From Defluviitalea saccharophila (GTDB lineage Bacteria; Bacillota; Clostridia; Lachnospirales; Defluviitaleaceae): DNA of 24,000 bases. Each line of letters begins with the position of its first letter. Within the stretch, counting starts at the first letter, position 1. Positions 17,513-24,000 of the stretch are shown one piece after another. Position numbers and translations under genes: made by a program. Location of the stretch: assembly GCF_038396635.1 (NCBI RefSeq), contig NZ_CP121687.1, forward strand, positions 2,384,592-2,408,591. Direction: 5' to 3'. The notes under the pieces are model-generated. The model worked only from the letters and a program-made list of their open reading frames with translations. It was not told the DNA's origin and made no database searches.

Positions 17513-17540
17513 AAAGAGGGACAATTTGTCCCTCTTTTTA
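17513..17540 (+). terminator. Rho-independent terminator after tkt
   Basis: aaagagggac-aattt-gtccctcttt, followed by tta/T-rich sequence. Confidence 0.75.
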
Positions 17541-17584
17541 ATATGTATATAATAAGATTTCTAAAAAAGAAGGGAGGGCAATCG

Positions 17585-18307
17585 ATGAAAATCATAAAAG
17601 ATTTGTTGACGATTAATGAATACAGTCGACCGGGGCTTAAACTTAACAAAGTACAGGGGGTCGTCGTTCACTGGGTAGCCAATCCAAATACCTCGGCAAA
17701 AGCCAACCGCAATTTCTTTGAAAACCGGAGAAACGGAAAATCCGGCTACGGTTCTGCCCATTATATTATTGACCTGGACGGCAGTGTTATTTTGGCAATT
17801 CCACCAGAAGAAGTTGCTTATCATGTGGGCGCAAAATCCTATCGTTCCGAAGCCATCAAACGGTTAGGAACCTACCCGAACGGAAATACTTTGGGTATTG
17901 AATGCACCCATGTGGATTGGAACGGCAAGATGACACCAGAGACTTATGAAACTCTTGTCTTGCTTTGTGCAGACTTATGTAAGAAGTATAATCTTAATCC
18001 TTTAACAGACTTATACAGACATTATGATATTACGGGAAAGCTGTGCCACAAATGGTTTGTGGATCATCCAACAGAATGGGAAACATTTAAACAAAAAGTA
18101 AAGGAGCAGATGGGCGGAAATATGGATAAAATAGCAGCCAATAAAGAACAAGTAAAATTTAATCTGTTGGGAAAAAATTATTCCTTTGAAGGATTAATAA
18201 AGGACGGGAAAACCTATGTGACGGCAAGAGATTTACTGGAAGTATTAGGCTTTACGGTGGGATGGGAAGCACAATCAAAGACAGTGATTGTAAAGAAGAA
18301 AGATTAA
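17585..18307 (+). CDS. N-acetylmuramoyl-L-alanine amidase (Amidase_2/PGRP type) with a C-terminal copper-amine-oxidase-N-like wall-binding domain
   Basis: NEYSRPG...VVVHW..N, AHYIID and GIE..H resemble CwlA/phage-type amidases. The C-terminal GKTYVTARDLLEVLGFTVGWEAQSKTVIV is typical of the 'stalk' domain. ATG at 17585 follows AGGGAGGG. The tracker's 17543 start lacks an RBS. Confidence 0.8.
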   Translation: MKIIKDLLTINEYSRPGLKLNKVQGVVVHWVANPNTSAKANRNFFENRRNGKSGYGSAHYIIDLDGSVILAIPPEEVAYHVGAKSYRSEAIKRLGTYPNGNTLGIECTHVDWNGKMTPETYETLVLLCADLCKKYNLNPLTDLYRHYDITGKLCHKWFVDHPTEWETFKQKVKEQMGGNMDKIAANKEQVKFNLLGKNYSFEGLIKDGKTYVTARDLLEVLGFTVGWEAQSKTVIVKKKD

Positions 18308-18351
18308 GGGGCTGTTGCATTAGCAAATCTAATTTGCTGATGCAAAGCCCC
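18308..18351. terminator. Bidirectional terminator between the amidase and the convergent collagen-like gene
   Basis: ggggct(g)ttgcattagcaaat-cta-atttgctgatgcaaagcccc forms a ~20-bp stem with one bulge and one G-U pair. It has T-rich flanks on both strands. Confidence 0.75.
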
Positions 18352-18360
18352 TTTAAATTA

Positions 18361-19680
18361 TTATGGTCTTTGATCATCGACATTGGCATTGCTATTGTTT
18401 GCACTTAAAACACTTGTAGGGTCATAGTACGGTGAGTTCAAAGGTACGCTAGGAAGCAATGCTATATCGACGGCATTTTCCGGAATACCCCATGAGTTGC
18501 CTGAGAATACAAATTCAGCATTATCTACAACGAATCCACGAGTATTATAAACCACATTGTTTACAATATGCCCGCTCGTACCTGGATTTAAATAGGCAGG
18601 CTGACGAAGAGAATAAAATATATTATTTTGAACCAATAGATTCTGCATATTATTTGCTTGTGGGACAAAACCTCGGTTGACTACCCACCCAGTAGATGGA
18701 CCTGCTTGTGGAGGACCCCAAATGGTATTATTAATAATTCTGTGGTTTGTTCCCCCAATTTGGATAAATTCAAATGGATAAGGATCATCACTGGTGATAT
18801 TCAGTCCGTCGATGGTAATTCCATTTCCGGTGACTAAAAATAGTATGGTAGAAGCTTGCAGCTCAATCAATGTGTTGGGGTATCCTTTTAGAGTAATCCC
18901 GGGTTTATTAACGCTGATTGTCTCAGTAATCGGATAAGGTCCGCCCAATATATGAACAGTACCTGTTGGTGCAACAGCTTGAATCCCTTCCTGAATAGTG
19001 CCAAAAGGCTTGGATTGAGAGCCATTTCCATCAACTGCTCCAGCTTGAACATATACTTCATATGGATTAACGGCAGCAGATTCTTCGGGCAGAATGTGTG
19101 TAATAATTAGATGGGCTGAAACAGGACTATTTCCTCCGGCATTAGAAGTGATGGTTAAAGAGTTTGCATTGCCGCTGGGATTTCGTATCGTGAGCACCGA
19201 ATCGGCTTCTGTTGTCGTTATAAAAGTCATTCCTACAATCTGTGACGAGCCTGTTTCTCGCCCCACCACCGTATACTCCAGTTCTTGATCGTTAAGGGTT
19301 ATTACCAGTTGCCCTTCTTCACTGACGCTTACCTGGAAGAAAACCTGATAAGTGCCAATTTCAGCTAAGTTAAATGTATTGGGGCCAGTACGCGTAATGG
19401 TAGTTCCGCCAGTAGGTCCATCTTGAGGAAAGTTTACATTTTGACCGGGAGCAATGGGATCAGGATTATCTGTGCCCATCAACGCATAAAAATCGGCATA
19501 TGCGGATATTCCACCGCCAGGTGGTCCTGGAGGACCTTGTAATCCTTCCGGCCCCATTGGTCCTCGCGGACCCGGAAATCCTCTTGGTCCTCTTGGACCC
19601 CTTGGTCCTGCTGGTCCAGGAGGGCCAGAACTGCCGGGACAGTATTTACGATAAGGCCTGGGGCAATAATCACTGCTCAT
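18361..19680 (-). CDS. Collagen-like protein: short GXY stalk, BclA-C/C1q-like domain and a C-terminal right-handed beta-helix-like domain (439 aa)
   Basis: ATG at 19680 follows [23 protein letters not shown] is followed by 14 GXY triplets. The next region, ...[38 protein letters not shown]...[21 protein letters not shown]...AHLIITHI, resembles exosporium BclA C-terminal domains. The C-terminal ~180 aa have periodic NN(T/I/V)(I/V) repeats ([29 protein letters not shown]), as in pectate-lyase-fold beta-helices. The tracker's upstream 63 codons are an artefact. Confidence 0.8.
   Translation of the reverse strand: MSSDYCPRPYRKYCPGSSGPPGPAGPRGPRGPRGFPGPRGPMGPEGLQGPPGPPGGGISAYADFYALMGTDNPDPIAPGQNVNFPQDGPTGGTTITRTGPNTFNLAEIGTYQVFFQVSVSEEGQLVITLNDQELEYTVVGRETGSSQIVGMTFITTTEADSVLTIRNPSGNANSLTITSNAGGNSPVSAHLIITHILPEESAAVNPYEVYVQAGAVDGNGSQSKPFGTIQEGIQAVAPTGTVHILGGPYPITETISVNKPGITLKGYPNTLIELQASTILFLVTGNGITIDGLNITSDDPYPFEFIQIGGTNHRIINNTIWGPPQAGPSTGWVVNRGFVPQANNMQNLLVQNNIFYSLRQPAYLNPGTSGHIVNNVVYNTRGFVVDNAEFVFSGNSWGIPENAVDIALLPSVPLNSPYYDPTSVLSANNSNANVDDQRP
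19510..19635 (-). repeat. Collagen-type GXY triplet repeat (14 triplets) within the CDS
   Basis: [42 protein letters not shown]. This is a locally GC-rich tandem 9-nt periodicity. Confidence 0.9.
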
Positions 19681-20024
19681 AAAAATACTACCTCCTTTAA
19701 TATTGAATAAGATTTTGGACGGGTCAGAGCAAATTTTGAGAATGTACAAAGTATGCAAAACCGATGAGATAATACTTATATAATAGATGTATGCAAAAAA
19801 ACATATTATGTGATAGTCCGCTAAGCCTCCATACTTTGCAGTATGGAGACTTTTTGCAAAAATGTACAATAAAAACCAAAAATGACCTATTCAATTTATG
19901 GAATATACATGATAGCATAAAATTGAAACTAAAATACAAATTTAATCTTCAGGTGATATTGATGCGTAGGTGTAAAATGAATCAATATCGAAGGTTAAAT
20001 ATTCATTTCAAGGGGGAGAACGGT

Positions 20025-21353
20025 ATGAAGAAGGTTTCTAAAACTTTTGCAGTTCTATTGGCAGTCATGGTAGCAATGACGGCATTTGCTGGATGTGGAA
20101 GTAAAACGCAGGAATCGGTAAGAACAGAAGAAGGAACAAAAACCACGACAGAAACAGCCGAACCAGCGGAACCTGTAACCATCCGAATCGCTACCATGTT
20201 TGGCGGCACAGATCCTGCTACTGAAGTATATAAAAAAGCTATTGAAGACTATATGGCCGCCAATCCAAATGTTAAGATTGTGGATGAATCCATGACTTCT
20301 ATTGGAGACGAATATAGAACCAAGATTAAAACGGATTATGCAGCAGGGAATGAACCGGAAATCATATTCTTCTATACTGCAGCAGATGCAAAGCCTTTAA
20401 TTGAAAATGGCAAAGTGATGGCATACGACGAAATATGGAAAACATACCCAGAAGTAGGTAAAGACATTACAGATGGGATTAAAGAATCCATGAGAGAATT
20501 TGATGGAAAGATTTATGCGCTTCCCGTTACAGGATTTTATGAAGGGTTATTTGTCAATAAAGAAATATTTGAAGCAAATGGATTAGAGCTGCCTACAGAC
20601 TGGGCGAAACTTGAAAAGGCTGTTGAAGTATTAAGTACCAAAGGGATTGTTCCCATTGCAGGGCCTTTAGGACAATCTCACTACTTAATTGAACATTTTG
20701 TTTTATCGGCAGCAGGAGAAGAGGGACATAAAGATGTCTTTGCTAACGGCGTAAATCCTGATTGGTATACAGCTTTTAATAATATTAAAGCTTTTTATGA
20801 AAAGAAAGCATTCTCTGAAGATGCAATCAATATGGACATTGAAGGGTCACAAATGCTTTTTAAAAACGAAAAGGCAGCTATGATTCTGGAAGGTTCCTGG
20901 TTCATTGGGGGCTGTGATCCGGCGCTTCAGGAAAAAATGACTGTTATCCCCATGCCATCCTTTACAAATGGCAAAAAAGATCCTACTTCTATCGTTGCCG
21001 GCTTTTCATCCGGTTACTATATCAGTACGAAAGGATACAATGATGAATCTAAAAGAGATATCATCATTGATTTGGTAAGCTACCTAACAACAGCCGATAT
21101 GATTGCAAAAATGGCTGAAGCCAATGGCGGAACCCCTGCTGCATCCGTTAAAGTACCGGGACTTAGCAGCGTTGCTTCTGCAGGCCATGCAATGGTTGCC
21201 GCTGCAAAAGCCTTGAATATGCCTATTGATTCCAGATTAACACCGGAAGCATTCAACTATATTGTTAAACAGGGGACACCCTATATAGCTGCCGGCAAGT
21301 CGACACCGGAAGCTGTGCTTGAAGAAGTTAGAAAGATTCACTTAGGAGAATAG
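20025..21353 (+). CDS. Sugar ABC transporter substrate-binding lipoprotein (CUT1 family)
   Basis: ATG at 20025 follows GGGGGAG. Signal peptide with lipobox MKKVSKTFAVLLAVMVAMTAFAGC. The size (~440 aa) and general features fit family-1 extracellular solute-binding proteins. The tracker's 19791 start adds 78 implausible residues. Confidence 0.85.
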   Translation: MKKVSKTFAVLLAVMVAMTAFAGCGSKTQESVRTEEGTKTTTETAEPAEPVTIRIATMFGGTDPATEVYKKAIEDYMAANPNVKIVDESMTSIGDEYRTKIKTDYAAGNEPEIIFFYTAADAKPLIENGKVMAYDEIWKTYPEVGKDITDGIKESMREFDGKIYALPVTGFYEGLFVNKEIFEANGLELPTDWAKLEKAVEVLSTKGIVPIAGPLGQSHYLIEHFVLSAAGEEGHKDVFANGVNPDWYTAFNNIKAFYEKKAFSEDAINMDIEGSQMLFKNEKAAMILEGSWFIGGCDPALQEKMTVIPMPSFTNGKKDPTSIVAGFSSGYYISTKGYNDESKRDIIIDLVSYLTTADMIAKMAEANGGTPAASVKVPGLSSVASAGHAMVAAAKALNMPIDSRLTPEAFNYIVKQGTPYIAAGKSTPEAVLEEVRKIHLGE

Positions 21354-21361
21354 TTTTTATA

Positions 21362-21392
21362 ACAGATGATCGTCCATTGGGCGATCATCTGT
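21362..21392 (+). other. Intercistronic stem-loop after the binding-protein gene
   Basis: acagatgatcg-tccattggg-cgatcatctgt forms an 11-bp stem. Such hairpins commonly stabilise the upstream SBP message or partially terminate in ABC operons. Confidence 0.5.
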
Positions 21393-21420
21393 GAATATAA
21401 GCGAAAAAGGAGGAAATCCT

Positions 21421-22290
21421 TTGCAAATCTATAAAGACAAAAAGATAATTGTCCTTTTTTTAGCCCCTTCCCTGATTATCATAGGTTTATTTTTATATTA
21501 TCCGTTTGCGATGAGTTTTTATAAAAGTTTTTTTAATTGGGACGGTTTTCTTACATCTAAATTTATCGGTTTAGGCAATTATAGACGATTGTTTTCTGAT
21601 GTTATGATTCATAAGGCTATTATCAATACATTCACTCTTATGATTTTAGTAATCATTTTTCAGGTAGGCACAGCGCTGCTTTTGGCAGTGGTACTTGATT
21701 CTATTAAAGCAGGGGCAAAATTTTTCAGAGTGGTTTATTTTCTGCCCATTGTTATCTCTGCAACGGCCATAGGATTGATGTTTAAACTGATATATATGTA
21801 TGATGGCGGATTATTAAATGGGATAAGAGCTTTGATGGGCTTAGAACCGATTGTATGGATTACGGAAAAGACGGCTTTATTAGCTGTGGCAGTCCCTACG
21901 ATTTGGCATTATGTAGGCTTCTATTTTGTTATATTAATCACTGCAATTAACCGGATTCCTTTAGATTTATATGAGTCCGCCTATCTGGACGGAATTACAG
22001 GAGTCAGCAAAACGATATATATTACAATCCCGTTGATATGGGATATTATAAAAGTTTGTCTGGTATTGGCTATAACAGGAACCCTAAAGGTATTTGATCT
22101 TCCATATGTCATTACTCAGGGAGGACCTTTTGGAGCATCAGAATTTTTGGGTACTTATATGAATACAAAGACTTTTACGGATCAAGTTTTCGGTTATGGA
22201 GCAACTATTGCGGTACTGATTGTAGTATTGGGAGTGGTTATCTCAAGCATAGTGAATAAATTACTAAAGAGTGAAGAGATAACTTTTTAA
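21421..22290 (+). CDS. Sugar ABC transporter permease (MalF/UgpA-like)
   Basis: Six TM helices with the EAA-type loop (ESAYLDGITGVSKTIYITIPL). TTG at 21421 is 7 nt after AAAGGAGG. The tracker's GTG at 21391 lies inside the upstream hairpin. Confidence 0.85.
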   Translation: MQIYKDKKIIVLFLAPSLIIIGLFLYYPFAMSFYKSFFNWDGFLTSKFIGLGNYRRLFSDVMIHKAIINTFTLMILVIIFQVGTALLLAVVLDSIKAGAKFFRVVYFLPIVISATAIGLMFKLIYMYDGGLLNGIRALMGLEPIVWITEKTALLAVAVPTIWHYVGFYFVILITAINRIPLDLYESAYLDGITGVSKTIYITIPLIWDIIKVCLVLAITGTLKVFDLPYVITQGGPFGASEFLGTYMNTKTFTDQVFGYGATIAVLIVVLGVVISSIVNKLLKSEEITF

Positions 22291-22330
22291 TACGACTGCA
22301 GATGTATAAAGCTAAGAAAGGAAGTCGGTT

Positions 22331-23233
22331 ATGGAAGGCAACAGAACAATACCTTTAAATACCAGGATGTTCACGGACATCCAATCTAAAAAACATTTTA
22401 CTTTTAAAGGACAATTCGGACTTGGACAATTAGGCGCATATATGCTGTTGATTTTCTGGGCTTTTACCACGATATATCCTCTTATTTGGATACTTATTAA
22501 TTCATTTAAGACCACCAATGAAATCGTAAAAAATTCGTTTAATTTACCTTCTTCCTTCAATATGACGAATTATATGAATGCTTTTCAAAAAATGGGAATA
22601 GGTAGAAGCTACTTGAATAGTTTAATCATATCAGGAAGCACAGTTCTTTTAGTAGTGCTGTTTGGAGGAATGGCCGCCTTTATTATGGCGAGATTTGATT
22701 TTAAACTTAAAAAGTTTATCTATACTTTATTTCTTGGGAGTTTAATGTTTCCGGCATTTGCAACGATTGTTCCGGTATTTACCATGTTAAGGAAAGCTCA
22801 GCTGATTAATAAGCATATAGGTCTTATTCTGCCTCAGACGGCAGGGAATCTTGCTTTTGCAATTATCATTCTTACGGGTTTTATGATGAGTATTCCAATA
22901 GAGCTGGAAGAGGCGGCTGTTGTAGAAGGAGCTGCCCCCTGGCAGGTTTATGTAAGAATTGTTGTTCCGATTTCTAAACCTTCCTTTGCAACAGTATCCA
23001 TCTTTACATTCTTATGGTCTTATAATGATTTGTTTATGCCGCTTATCATATTAAGAAACAAAGATGTTCAGCCCATTAATGTATTATTAAGTCATATCAG
23101 CAGCCAATACGGAACAGACTATGGACTTATGGCGGCAGCTGTTGCAATTATTATTGTGCCTGTATTAATTATTTATTTTTCAGCCCAAAAATATATTATT
23201 AAAGGACTAACTGCAGGAGCCATCAAAGGCTAA
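22331..23233 (+). CDS. Sugar ABC transporter permease (MalG/UgpE-like)
   Basis: Six TM helices with the EAA loop (LEEAAVVEGAAPWQVYVRIVVPISKP). ATG follows AAGGAAG. Confidence 0.85.
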   Translation: MEGNRTIPLNTRMFTDIQSKKHFTFKGQFGLGQLGAYMLLIFWAFTTIYPLIWILINSFKTTNEIVKNSFNLPSSFNMTNYMNAFQKMGIGRSYLNSLIISGSTVLLVVLFGGMAAFIMARFDFKLKKFIYTLFLGSLMFPAFATIVPVFTMLRKAQLINKHIGLILPQTAGNLAFAIIILTGFMMSIPIELEEAAVVEGAAPWQVYVRIVVPISKPSFATVSIFTFLWSYNDLFMPLIILRNKDVQPINVLLSHISSQYGTDYGLMAAAVAIIIVPVLIIYFSAQKYIIKGLTAGAIKG

Positions 23234-23254
23234 TAAAGTTTGGGAGGAAGTTGG

Positions 23255-24000
23255 ATGAAGCCTAAAAAAATATTTGAAGCAATGGCTTTACGGGAAAAAA
23301 TAGCACAGATGTTTTTGCAATATTACCAGGGCTATGAAGATTTGCCGGAACATCTTATAAAAATGAATAAGAGAAGTGAACTGGGAGGTATAATCTTTTT
23401 CTCTGGAAATAATGTCAGAAATTTAGAGCAGCTTCATAAAATGTGTAAAAACATACAATCCCATGCCTCAGAAAATAGATTCAATTTACCTTTCTTTTTA
23501 ACCATTGACCAGGAAGGAGGGCAGCTTACGGCAATTCATGAGGGAACGACAGTCTTCCCCGGAAATATGAGTCTGGGATTTGCCAATGATATTGAACTGG
23601 CCTATAGGCAAGGAAGACATGTAGGAAAAGAATTAAAGTATGGGGGAATTAATATCTGCTATGCACCTGTATTAGATATTAGCTATGACAATATCCATGG
23701 TATTCCCATTGTAGATAATCGAATGTATTCCAGTAATCCGGAAGTTGTGGCGGATATGGGAACAGGGTTTATAAAGGGTTTGCAGGATGAAGGGATTCTT
23801 GCCTGCGGGAAGCATTTCCCGGGGATGAGACTAACGCAGGAGGACACCCATTATAAAGTGGATATTAATCCTTCCTCTATGGACAGACTTCAAAAGGTTG
23901 AATTAATCCCTTATAAAAAGGCTATTCGGGAAGGGTTAAGCTGTATAATGCTGCATCATGGTATTTTTACTGCCTTTGATGACAGGCGTCCTGCTTCTTT
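23255..24000 (+). CDS. Glycoside hydrolase family 3 (beta-N-acetylhexosaminidase, NagZ-like), 3'-truncated by the window edge
   Basis: ATG at 23255 follows GGGAGG. The frame is open to nt 24000. GH3 N-domain motifs are present: LTIDQEGG, ...NICYAPVLD, and ACGKHFPG. It is absent from the ORF track because no stop is reached. Confidence 0.8.
   Translation, partial: MKPKKIFEAMALREKIAQMFLQYYQGYEDLPEHLIKMNKRSELGGIIFFSGNNVRNLEQLHKMCKNIQSHASENRFNLPFFLTIDQEGGQLTAIHEGTTVFPGNMSLGFANDIELAYRQGRHVGKELKYGGINICYAPVLDISYDNIHGIPIVDNRMYSSNPEVVADMGTGFIKGLQDEGILACGKHFPGMRLTQEDTHYKVDINPSSMDRLQKVELIPYKKAIREGLSCIMLHHGIFTAFDDRRPAS

Noticed and set aside
19971-19984. cre-like (CcpA) site tgtaaaatgaatca upstream of the ABC operon.
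   Set aside because: It has three mismatches to TGWAANCGNTNWCA, including both central CG positions. In AT-rich DNA this is indistinguishable from chance.
19681-20024. Tracker N-terminal extensions of the collagen-like gene (to 19869) and of the binding-protein gene (from 19791), which would overlap each other head-to-head.
   Set aside because: Both extensions lack RBSs and encode implausible AT-rich peptides. Strong RBS+ATG pairs exist at 19680 (minus strand) and at 20025 (plus strand, followed by a lipoprotein signal peptide).

Overview
The window has two compositional domains.

(1) nt 1 to ~4850 is GC-rich. Hand counts of single 60-nt lines give 33/60 GC at nt 1-60 and 38/60 at nt 3601-3660. 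It carries four same-strand genes, the first running off the 5' edge. They encode membrane or zinc-ribbon proteins of unknown function, and the block ends in a strong terminator.

(2) nt ~4850 to 24000 is AT-rich (hand counts 22/60 at nt 5161-5220 and 12/60 at nt 9061-9120). It looks like the chromosome of a spore-forming Clostridia-type Firmicute, with strong GGAGG-type ribosome-binding sites. Its contents, in order:
- nagA-nagB, behind a sigma-A promoter with a NagR/DasR-type operator
- corA
- an Amidase_6-like protein
- an atypical agr-type cyclic-peptide quorum-sensing cassette
- an FAD/Rieske oxidoreductase
- an asnA-asnS-tkt operon
- a cell-wall amidase
- a collagen-like BclA-type protein with an extra beta-helix domain
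- a CUT1-type sugar ABC importer (binding protein plus two permeases), followed by a 3'-truncated GH3 (NagZ-like) hydrolase

I found no tRNA, rRNA, CRISPR array, transposase, integrase or recognisable defence gene.

The most interesting items:
- The agr cassette has a 43-codon agrD that is absent from the ORF track, an agrB, no AgrC kinase or AgrA regulator, and three uncharacterised partner genes, one of them a kinase-less 7-TM protein.
- The foreign-looking GC-rich zinc-ribbon membrane-protein block.
- A ~90-nt structured repeat present twice, with one copy exactly at the compositional boundary.
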